A stretch of DNA of 15,376 nucleotides from a candidate division WOR-3 bacterium (GCA_039801885.1 JBDRVN010000042.1:1-15376), one strand, 5' to 3'; shown: positions 6,342 through 14,408, counted from the first letter of the stretch. Numbers and translations: made by a program. The notes: generated by a model not told the origin, from the letters alone.

Positions 6342-6952
6342 TATTAAATATTATTGGCACTTGGCTGGCAGCTACTTTAACCTTAGCAATTTTCTCTTTC
6401 TTATATAAAGATAATCCCTTTTATAAACTTGCCGAACATATTTATGTTGGTGTCTCGGCTGGCTTTTGGGTTATTTATGTCTGGTCTTTTGATATCAAAC
6501 CAATGCTTATTGACCGATTTATAACAACAACAGGAGTTGAAAAATGGATATTATTAATTCCGGCAATCTTAGGTATCTTAATGCTTACCAGGTGGTTTCC
6601 CAAAACTGCTTGGATATCAAGAATTCCTTTATCTTTTACGATTGGTATTGGTGCCGGTTTAGGAGTTACTGCCAGTATCCAAGGTTTTCTAATTCCCCAA
6701 ATCGGTGCTACTTTGTTACCTTTAACAACAATTAATAATATCTTATTGGTTATTGGTGTTATCTCAACAATTATCTATTTTTATTTCTCAAAGGAATTTA
6801 AAGGAACTTGGAAATTTTTCTCCCGTTTAGGCATTATTTTTATTATGGTAGCCTTTGGTGCCTCTTTTGGTTATACTGTTATGGCAAGAATTTCATTATT
6901 AATTGGTAGGATTTATTTTCTTTTACATAACTTCTTACATATTATCCCTTAA
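6338..6952 (+). CDS. Uncharacterised polytopic membrane protein (about 6 TM, three internal hairpin repeats)
   Basis: 204 aa, highly hydrophobic, with FSFLYKDNPFYKLAEHIYVGVSAG and FGASFGYTVMARISLL motifs. ATGA-coupled to the upstream gene. Confidence 0.85.
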   Translation: MILNIIGTWLAATLTLAIFSFLYKDNPFYKLAEHIYVGVSAGFWVIYVWSFDIKPMLIDRFITTTGVEKWILLIPAILGILMLTRWFPKTAWISRIPLSFTIGIGAGLGVTASIQGFLIPQIGATLLPLTTINNILLVIGVISTIIYFYFSKEFKGTWKFFSRLGIIFIMVAFGASFGYTVMARISLLIGRIYFLLHNFLHIIP

Positions 6953-7952
6953 TCCTTTCTTTCCAATCTTTATATACTCGGGAAATACGATAGATAATAT
7001 AAGCAAAAATTAAAATTAAAAGGAGAAAATAAAAATAACCAGAAAAATAAAGGAAAATATTTCCCTTCTTGCCAATTTTCACAATTTCTAAACCCCGGTC
7101 ACTATCTAAATAGGCATAAGGATAAATTACAAAAACATCTTTTATATTATTTTCACTTTGATAATAATTAATCTCTTGTGGTGAATAAGGGTCTTTCACA
7201 TCAATTATGCTTAAACCAATATCCGTAGCCAGATAGATATAAGGCTTCTTATAAAATAAAGCAAGGGAATAACCAGCTACTGAATAGTCAATTATCTTTT
7301 CGGGATAACTTTTTATTTTTACATCAACAATTCCCAAACCCCTTTTACCACAAGCGAGATATATCAAATTATTTTCTCCATCAACATCTAAAATCGGTTT
7401 AATATCTTTTAGATAGCCAACTTCTCGCGGATTATAAATATCTTTTATGTCAATAATCTTTAAACCTTCTTCCTTATCAACAATATAACAGTAATTTTTA
7501 TAAATAAAAAAATTGCGACAAGAAGCAAAACCAGAAAGACGACCAATTTGATAAGGATTATTTAAATTCTCAATATTATAGATTTCAAAACCTCTTTTTG
7601 TTGCCAAATAGATATAAGAATTGATAACTTTAATATCATTACAACATTCTTTTAGGTCAAAAGAATTTATCAAAAAAGGAGAGTAATGGAAAGGATTTTT
7701 CACATCCCAAATTTCTATTCCCTTTTTTGTAGCCAGATAGAGTTTATCTTTTAAATAGTAAAGGCTATTTACTTTATCTTTGGCAATTATCTCTTCAGAA
7801 AGGATTTTTAAACTTTCTTTATCTTGGGCATTGTAGATAAAAACTTTTTCTCCCAAAGCATAAAAAAGGATTTCTCTTTTCTTATCATAGGTAATTGTCT
7901 TATTGATTAAAAGGTTAAAAAGAAAAAGTAAAAGAAATATTTTACTCTTCAC
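6942..7952 (-). CDS. LVIVD-repeat beta-propeller surface protein with N-terminal signal-like segment and C-terminal TM anchor
   Basis: About seven repeats of roughly 40 aa, e.g. YIYLATKRGFEIYNIENLNNPYQIG, YCYIVDKEEGLKIIDIKDIYNPREVG, YIYLATDIGLSIIDVKDPYSPQEIN. C-terminal FYFLLLILIFAYIIY followed by basic residues. GTG start. Confidence 0.85.
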   Translation of the reverse strand: MKSKIFLLLFLFNLLINKTITYDKKREILFYALGEKVFIYNAQDKESLKILSEEIIAKDKVNSLYYLKDKLYLATKKGIEIWDVKNPFHYSPFLINSFDLKECCNDIKVINSYIYLATKRGFEIYNIENLNNPYQIGRLSGFASCRNFFIYKNYCYIVDKEEGLKIIDIKDIYNPREVGYLKDIKPILDVDGENNLIYLACGKRGLGIVDVKIKSYPEKIIDYSVAGYSLALFYKKPYIYLATDIGLSIIDVKDPYSPQEINYYQSENNIKDVFVIYPYAYLDSDRGLEIVKIGKKGNIFLYFSGYFYFLLLILIFAYIIYRISRVYKDWKERIKG

Positions 7953-9453
7953 TGATTATTAAACCTTCAAAGATGTAAATTTCGATATCTTTATCTTTGT
8001 AACTATCCGGCTCTAAACCGGCTTTTAGGCAGGTATGCTTTAAAAAGGTTTCTCTGTCCCAACCGTATTCGGTGGCAACCTGGGGCAGAAGAAGACCTTG
8101 ATAAAAACCTTTTTTGATAAATATCCCATGCTTACCAACAACAATCTTATTAATATCATCTATCTTTCTTAATGGTGAAAGGACAGTAATCTCAATTTTA
8201 ATATCTTTTAACTCTCGCAAGCTGACCGGTGGAAATCTTGGGTCTCTTAATGCCGCATTTATTGCGTTATCAATAACTCCTTCGTATAATGGTTTTATCC
8301 CTTCAACATAACCAATACAACCCCTTAACTCACCAAACTTATTTAAGGTAACAAAGACACCGTATCTCTTTTTTAAATTCTCAGAAGTTATTTTAAAATC
8401 TGGTATATTTTTATTATTAAGATAATTTTCTAAGGTTTTTCGGGCAATATTTAATAATTCCTTTTTATCATCTTCACTCAGTTTTAATTCAAACTCTTCT
8501 TTGCTTAAATTTTTCTCTTGTTTATTTTCCTTCGGAATAACAAATGCGACTGAGCCATAGCCAACACAATATCCGGTCTTTACACCCATCACATCATTAG
8601 AATTGGTATAATTTAAGATAATTGCCTTTGCCTTTTTAGAAAGATTTTTCGCCGTTAAAATTCCAATAAGAATAGGAAAACCGCCACAGGCAGCAATACT
8701 TTCTCTTAATAATTTTTCATAGAAATCTTTTGGTTCTAATTTTTCAATATGACTTAATGTCCGCTTATCAGTCTCAACACATTCTTGATAAGAATAGCCA
8801 TGATATAAATCGGAAGAGATAAGAAAGATAATTTTTTTCTGGGAAGTTTTTATCACTTCGCTAATTGCCTTTGCCAGGTTTTCACATTCTTCATATTTGG
8901 GAAATAGAACCATTATCGGCACAATTTTAAAATCTTTATAAATTACTTGTAAAAAGGGAATTTGGACTTCTAAAGAATGTTCGTAATTATGTACTTCTTT
9001 TAAATCTTTTAAATAGGGACATTTATTTTTCAACTCTTTTGCTATCTCTTCATCAATCATAACTTCACCTAATGGTGTCTGCCAAGAACCATCTCCGTAT
9101 AAAGCAAAACCAGTAAAACTTGCCTGGTGTGAAGGACCAAGAAGAATAATTGTTTTGACATCTAAATCTTTAATAAATTTATAAGAATGGGCAGCCACTT
9201 TACCAGAAAAAGGATAACCAGCATGGGGAGAAAGCACGCCAATAATCTTATCTTTTATTTCGGAAACTTTTGCCCAATTGAGATAGCTTCTAATATCTTT
9301 CTCTAATTGAATCTTATCAGCCGGATAAAACTCGCCACTCACATAAGGTTTTCTAATCATTTTTGCCTCCAATTTCTTTTGTGGCTTTGAGCCACACATT
9401 AAAATTGATATTAAAATTAATATTAAAAAAATAATAATATTTTTAAACTTCAC
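7942..9453 (-). CDS. amrB: AmmeMemoRadiSam system protein B (MEMO1-like) - protein A (AMMECR1-like) fusion with N-terminal lipoprotein-like signal
   Basis: MEMO domain: RKPYVSGEFYP, SPHAGY, LLGPSH, EHSLEVQIPFLQ, SSDLYH, ACG, VGYGS. AMMECR1 domain: GVFVTL, LRGCIG, AALRDPRF, IEITVLSP, GKHGI, GLLLPQVATE, CLKAGL. The GTG start overlaps the TPR stop (GTGA); there is an alternative ATG at 9360. Confidence 0.93.
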   Translation of the reverse strand: MKFKNIIIFLILILISILMCGSKPQKKLEAKMIRKPYVSGEFYPADKIQLEKDIRSYLNWAKVSEIKDKIIGVLSPHAGYPFSGKVAAHSYKFIKDLDVKTIILLGPSHQASFTGFALYGDGSWQTPLGEVMIDEEIAKELKNKCPYLKDLKEVHNYEHSLEVQIPFLQVIYKDFKIVPIMVLFPKYEECENLAKAISEVIKTSQKKIIFLISSDLYHGYSYQECVETDKRTLSHIEKLEPKDFYEKLLRESIAACGGFPILIGILTAKNLSKKAKAIILNYTNSNDVMGVKTGYCVGYGSVAFVIPKENKQEKNLSKEEFELKLSEDDKKELLNIARKTLENYLNNKNIPDFKITSENLKKRYGVFVTLNKFGELRGCIGYVEGIKPLYEGVIDNAINAALRDPRFPPVSLRELKDIKIEITVLSPLRKIDDINKIVVGKHGIFIKKGFYQGLLLPQVATEYGWDRETFLKHTCLKAGLEPDSYKDKDIEIYIFEGLIISEE

Positions 9454-9716
9454 TCTTTTACTAATTCATCAAGCCTTTTATTGGCTTCATCAAAATCGGG
9501 TTTTAATTCCAAACTTTTCCGATACATCTCCTTTGCCTTATCAATTTCATTTAAACCTTCATAGGCAATTCCTAATTGATAATAGATAAGATAATCTTCT
9601 TTTATTTTTAATGCCTCTTTAAAAACTTCAATTGCCTCCTTATAATTTTTATTTAAAAGATAAAACTGCGCAGTTTCCAATAACTGGTCATAATCTTCTT
9701 TCTTTATCTTTTTCAT
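9450..9716 (-). CDS. Small tetratricopeptide-repeat protein
   Basis: 88 aa with two TPR-like units (AQFYLLNKNYKEAIEVFKEALKI; YYQLGIAYEGLNEIDKAKEMYRKSLELKPDF). ATGA-coupled to trkA. Confidence 0.85.
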   Translation of the reverse strand: MKKIKKEDYDQLLETAQFYLLNKNYKEAIEVFKEALKIKEDYLIYYQLGIAYEGLNEIDKAKEMYRKSLELKPDFDEANKRLDELVKE

Positions 9717-10396
9717 TCTTTAACAATCCTTTCTAAATCCTTTTCTTTTCCTAAAACCACTAAGATATCATTTTCTAATATCATATCTTCACCTTTGGGC
9801 GAAACAATTATCTCTTCTTTCATTTCCGGAATGCCATTTTCATTAAGATAGGGATTTTTCCTTTTAATCAAAATTACCGTAAGACCAAATTTCTCCCTTA
9901 AATTTAATTCTTTTAATGTTTTATTATAGAAACTTTTGGGCGCGGAAATTTCGGCAATGGAATATTCCGGATTTACCTCTAACACTTCAAAGAATCTCTT
10001 GGAATGGTATGCCTTTGCCAACCTTATTGCCGTCTCTTTTTCCGGTAGAATTACTTTATCCGCACCAACCCTTTTTAAAATCTCGGCATGCAATTCATCC
10101 ACCGCCTTTGCTACTACCTCTTTAACTCCCATCTCCTTTAAAAGCATTGTAATCAAAATACTGGCATCAATCCGTTGACCAACACTAACAATTACACAAT
10201 CCACTTCATTAATACCACTCTCTTTTAACGCCTTATCATCGGTCGCATCCATAATTAAAGCACTGGTTGCCTTATCACTAAACTCATTTACTTTACTATC
10301 ATCCTTATCAATCACAATCACATCAAAACCTTCATCAATTAGTGCCTTTGCCATTTGGCTACCAAATCTTCCCAAACCAATCACACAAAAGGTCAT
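9713..10396 (-). CDS. trkA: TrkA/KtrA-family potassium uptake regulatory subunit (RCK_N plus RCK_C)
   Basis: VIGLGRFG Rossmann motif, VIVIDKD, MDATD, VVAKA, GADKVILPEKE, and RCK_C KTLKELNLREKFGLTVILIKR...DILVVLG. At 227 aa it is the single-RCK-pair (KtrA-like) type. Confidence 0.92.
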   Translation of the reverse strand: MTFCVIGLGRFGSQMAKALIDEGFDVIVIDKDDSKVNEFSDKATSALIMDATDDKALKESGINEVDCVIVSVGQRIDASILITMLLKEMGVKEVVAKAVDELHAEILKRVGADKVILPEKETAIRLAKAYHSKRFFEVLEVNPEYSIAEISAPKSFYNKTLKELNLREKFGLTVILIKRKNPYLNENGIPEMKEEIIVSPKGEDMILENDILVVLGKEKDLERIVKE

Positions 10397-10401
10397 AATA
10401 T

Positions 10402-10430
10402 ATAATAAGTAAAAACTTCCTAATAGTCAA
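10402..10430 (-). promoter_or_regulatory. Putative sigma70-type promoter for trkA-TPR-amrBA-LVIVD (leaderless)
   Basis: Minus strand: TTGACT (10430-10425, inside the last codons of the C25 gene), 17-bp spacer, TATTAT (10407-10402), 5 nt to the ATG at 10396. Confidence 0.55.
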
Positions 10431-13400
10431 TTATTAACTTATTAATGATTTCTTTCTTCTCTTTTCTTTCTAAGGAAGATAAACTTAATTTGTAAAGATA
10501 AATACCCTTTGCGAAATTGTTTATTTCGATCGGCAGGGAGTTAAAGCCAAAATTAAAGAGCAAATTGTTCTTTTCTAATATCTTTCTGCCATTAATGGTA
10601 TAAATTTTAATACTTCCCAAGCAGCCTTCGTTTAAAAAGAAAGTAAAATATAGATGATTTTTCAGCCGGACAACCGCCAAATCTTTTAGCTCAATTTTTG
10701 GTTCTATCTTGGTCTTTAAGATAATTACTTTCTCTTTTTTATTTAAAAGGTTATCATAGATAATAATCCGGCAGTTATTAAAATCTCTTTTTAAACTTAT
10801 TGGTATTTTAGAATAATAAAAGGTATCAATAAAATAAAAATAGCCGCCCAAATCAATAGCCTCATCTTCAACTATTATCTTTGGTGAATAAATTTCTCCC
10901 TTTTTTAAAAATATCCCGCTCTCATCAAATGCCCTTATCGCCAATTCAAAATTCTTTTCTACTTCACTGGTATCTTTCAGGTTTTTATTATTGGCATATA
11001 AGTAAATATTTGGTGGCAAACTATCAAAATTCTCATAAGGTAATGTATCCCTAAAAAAGGTATCAATGTTAAAGGTAAAAGAAGAATCTTTTGTCTTATA
11101 AAATATTGATAGTTTTAAACTTTTAGGTATTTCCCAATAATAATTTTCCGGTGAACCTAAAAAGATAGTATCTAATCTTAAACCTTTCGGAAAGACAAAG
11201 GAGAAAGAATAAAAAGTATCTTTTAATATCTTCTTAGAAAGAAAAATATCTTCACCCGGAAGGTTATAAAAGATATCAATAACCGGTGATTTATATCTTC
11301 TTTTTCTTTTACCCAAAGAAAACCTTATCTCACTAAATTCTACCCCTTTTTTAAGAAAAATCTTTCCGTTAATCTTTTTACCCGGTAAAAAAGGCTGTTC
11401 GGTTATCTCTAAATCTAATTCTCTTCTTTTTGGCAGGTTTATTTTTGTTAAGGGCTCACCAAATAAATGGTAAAAGGTATTTACCAACCAGGCATTATAA
11501 AAACAATCTCCTAAAATATCTTTATTATTATAAATAAGTGCCAAAACAAATCTCCTTAAAAGCTCTTCATTACCTGGTGGTGAAGTTCCCTTTATCGCAC
11601 CAATTGTCGCAATAAAACCTTCTCTATTTCTGATAAGTTCTTCGGATAATGCCTCATATTTTGTATCATCAAACCGACCAACACCACAACTACCAAAATA
11701 ACCAATCGGATAATTTGGTCTTGCCTTTATTCGCTTCACATCAAGTAAGGTTAATAATTTCTCGTGGGCAATCTGAAAACCAGCACCATGACCAAAATAG
11801 AAACAAAAAGAAATCCCTTTATCATTTAATAGTCTTATAAACTCATCACGAGCATTGGTCTTATCCTCATTACCAAGAAAGGGAAATTCCGTAAGATATA
11901 ATTTATCAACATCATAATCCTTGGGAATAATTGAAGCAACATTCTCACAATTTATAATATGGTCTGCCCGAAACTCATCCGGCTCACTTGGACTTCCTTT
12001 ATACTCATCATCCGCCAAGAAAAGAATTCTCTTTTTATAACCCGTTAAATTCTTCTCATATTCTTTTAATTTATCCAAATATTCCTTTATCTCACTTTCC
12101 CTTCTTAATGGTAATCTTGTTAAAACGAAATCCGGACTTCTGCCATTGCCTTCAAAATCAGCAAAATAGGAATCTAAGGCATAAATAGCCGTATTATAAA
12201 CATTGTAATCAAAACCATAACCAACCTCATAAGTAAATATTTGTGGTTTATTATACAAAAGATTCCGATAATCATAAGTGGCATCACCAACCAAACAACC
12301 ATACAAAGGTCTCTTTAAAGAGAAAAATTTCTTTAATGAATAAGGTTCCTCACACCCAAATAGATAATGGTCAATTATCTCTTCTATCTTAAAAATCTCA
12401 GTGCTTATCTCTTTATCCCGATATCTTTTAAGTTGCTGACAGGCATAATATAAATCACTTGGACAAATAATGAGATAGAAAGCCGACCTTAAATGGATAT
12501 CACTATTTTGATAATAACTCTTATTCTCTATTCTTTTTACTCTCTTTATTCTATCTAAATCACTAATATATAAAATTGTTGTATCAAAGGCATTATAAGA
12601 AAAATATAAAGTATCTTTCTCAATTTGATAATCTTTTAATATCTTTGGTGAAAACTCATTTGTGATATCTAAAATAATTGGTTTTTTAACTTTACTTATT
12701 TTTATATTATGCCTCTTTATGCTATCTAAGATAATAAAAAATGGTGCATCTTGGAAATTTAATTGCCTTAAATAGCCAAACTCAAAATAATCGGTATAAA
12801 AATTCATTGCCTTATTCTCTCTATAAAAAACAAGTTTCAGATTTATTTTATCTTTTATTGGATACTCTATTTTCTTGGTATAAACTGAACCAGCAGGCGG
12901 CAAAGCAGAAAATATTTTTAAAGTATCGATTAAATTATTATCCAAAAAAATTTCCATTTTAAAATCAAAATAACTATCCGCAAATATCCTAAATTTTAGG
13001 CTATCTAACAAAAAGGAATTATTGATATTAAAACTATAACTTATCTCTTTACTTACCTCGTAACTTGCCTTTTCTATCTTATCCCAAATCCATAATAGGC
13101 CACCACGCGCAGGACAATCCTTATCCAATTCAATATGCTTCTTCTCATAGCCAAAATTCTTAAATATTTCACTTCTATCCGCAAATCCCGATACCTCTTT
13201 CATTCTCTTTCCCTCTTTCTCACCAATACATAGCCAATAGATATTATATAAGGTATATAAATTATGAGAATAATCTTTAAATTTATTTCTAAAATAAGAG
13301 GCACCACGCGCATAAAATAAAATATAATCATCTTCATTAAATCTATTACTATCTTTAATAAAAAAGAGATAAGGTATTTCGGTTAAGGTATCAGGATAAT

Positions 13401-14025
13401 AGGTATTTGGAGTATAATCACCAATATTAAAAATCCTTATCTTCTTTGGCGAAATTAAAGAGAGATTAAGTCCCGCCTCTTTTAAATCCTTACCGGTTAT
13501 TTTATATAAGCCCGAACTATCAATATAGATCTTAAAAATATAATAAAAATCCGAAAAAAAATTCCTTAAAGTATCAAGAGAATTTAATGGGGTCAAAGAA
13601 ATGGTATCTTCTTCGTATTCTAAACTTATTGGATTATAAATAATTCTCTTATTATCAATTTGAAAGGGATAATAGGTTATTTTCAATATCTCTTTATTGC
13701 GAAAATTTAATGTCTCAATTATAAGAAAATTCTCAGGATATTTTACCAATTCTAAATTAATATCACCGTCTCCTTCCAAAATACCAAATCTTGATGCCTT
13801 AGGAATGGTAAAAGGAAAATCGCTCTCTTTACTTCTTAAATAATTTATCTTAACCGAATTCTTTTTCGCAAAGAGCACTTTACTTGGCAAATAAGGATAA
13901 GGATATGCCTCCTGAAATAAAAAACCCTTCTTAATTAAAGTCTCTTTAAAAGAAGAGAAGTTATCAAAGTTTAAAGATAGATTACTAAAATCAAGATATA
14001 AATTAAAGAGAAAAAGAACTAACAT
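10420..14025 (-). CDS. C25 (gingipain-family) cysteine peptidase, PorU-like, with T9SS type A-like C-terminal sorting domain
   Basis: PorU-like N-terminal region (KIYIDSSGLYKITGKDL, DYILFYARG, HNLYTLYNIYWL), LVGDATYDYRN, FLADDE, catalytic FGHG (His746) and GSCGVGRFD (Cys780), YHLFGEP, DSLPPNI, DESGI. C-terminal domain IKIYTINGRKI...GIYLYKL...KLII. Confidence 0.88.
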   Translation of the reverse strand: MLVLFLFNLYLDFSNLSLNFDNFSSFKETLIKKGFLFQEAYPYPYLPSKVLFAKKNSVKINYLRSKESDFPFTIPKASRFGILEGDGDINLELVKYPENFLIIETLNFRNKEILKITYYPFQIDNKRIIYNPISLEYEEDTISLTPLNSLDTLRNFFSDFYYIFKIYIDSSGLYKITGKDLKEAGLNLSLISPKKIRIFNIGDYTPNTYYPDTLTEIPYLFFIKDSNRFNEDDYILFYARGASYFRNKFKDYSHNLYTLYNIYWLCIGEKEGKRMKEVSGFADRSEIFKNFGYEKKHIELDKDCPARGGLLWIWDKIEKASYEVSKEISYSFNINNSFLLDSLKFRIFADSYFDFKMEIFLDNNLIDTLKIFSALPPAGSVYTKKIEYPIKDKINLKLVFYRENKAMNFYTDYFEFGYLRQLNFQDAPFFIILDSIKRHNIKISKVKKPIILDITNEFSPKILKDYQIEKDTLYFSYNAFDTTILYISDLDRIKRVKRIENKSYYQNSDIHLRSAFYLIICPSDLYYACQQLKRYRDKEISTEIFKIEEIIDHYLFGCEEPYSLKKFFSLKRPLYGCLVGDATYDYRNLLYNKPQIFTYEVGYGFDYNVYNTAIYALDSYFADFEGNGRSPDFVLTRLPLRRESEIKEYLDKLKEYEKNLTGYKKRILFLADDEYKGSPSEPDEFRADHIINCENVASIIPKDYDVDKLYLTEFPFLGNEDKTNARDEFIRLLNDKGISFCFYFGHGAGFQIAHEKLLTLLDVKRIKARPNYPIGYFGSCGVGRFDDTKYEALSEELIRNREGFIATIGAIKGTSPPGNEELLRRFVLALIYNNKDILGDCFYNAWLVNTFYHLFGEPLTKINLPKRRELDLEITEQPFLPGKKINGKIFLKKGVEFSEIRFSLGKRKRRYKSPVIDIFYNLPGEDIFLSKKILKDTFYSFSFVFPKGLRLDTIFLGSPENYYWEIPKSLKLSIFYKTKDSSFTFNIDTFFRDTLPYENFDSLPPNIYLYANNKNLKDTSEVEKNFELAIRAFDESGIFLKKGEIYSPKIIVEDEAIDLGGYFYFIDTFYYSKIPISLKRDFNNCRIIIYDNLLNKKEKVIILKTKIEPKIELKDLAVVRLKNHLYFTFFLNEGCLGSIKIYTINGRKILEKNNLLFNFGFNSLPIEINNFAKGIYLYKLSLSSLERKEKKEIINKLIIDY

Positions 14026-14401
14026 AAAAAACCTTTCCCTTTATTATCTTCATTATCTCTTTTGGTCTTCTATTAATAGATATAACCCTTATGCCCCATT
14101 TCTTTTTCTGCCAGATTTCCAAGGAGTTATACTTCCTACTTAAAGGTATTTTCTTTATCTTTTCCGTTCTTCTTTTTAGCGAAGAGTCGCAGGTTGCCTG
14201 AATCCACCTTATCTTCTTATTCTTTTTAATAGCAATCAAATCAAAGAGACCAAAAATATCCTGATTGGTATTCACATAAAAACTTCTGCTTTTATTTCTC
14301 ACCAACCTGCCACCCGCCTTTTGATTATGAACCAAATAACCTCTATCTTCCAAGAATTTCTTAATCCAGTTTTGGAAAATCAGCCCTTTTTTACGTTTCA
14401 T
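14003..14401 (-). CDS. Small basic PD-(D/E)xK-fold nuclease-like protein resembling Hjc-type or phage Holliday-junction resolvases
   Basis: 132 aa. KKGLIFQNWIKKFLEDRGYLV parallels the Hjc N-terminal helix (KG..xE....L...G+.V), and FDLIAIK...RWIQAT parallels D-L-I-A....I-E-V-K. GAGGAG lies upstream. Overlaps the C25 gene start by 23 bp. Confidence 0.6.
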   Translation of the reverse strand: MKRKKGLIFQNWIKKFLEDRGYLVHNQKAGGRLVRNKSRSFYVNTNQDIFGLFDLIAIKKNKKIRWIQATCDSSLKRRTEKIKKIPLSRKYNSLEIWQKKKWGIRVISINRRPKEIMKIIKGKVFYVSSFSL

Positions 14402-14408
14402 TAAAAAT

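Noticed and set aside
4087-6735. Short ORFs 4087-4293 (-), 4648-4839 (-) and 6544-6735 (+)
   Set aside because: Antisense or out-of-frame shadows of the membrane operon genes.
8114-12962. Plus-strand ORFs 8114-8311, 9916-10125, 9936-10178, 11649-11840, 11988-12188 and 12741-12962
   Set aside because: Antisense to well-supported genes (amrBA, trkA, C25 peptidase), with no recognisable features.
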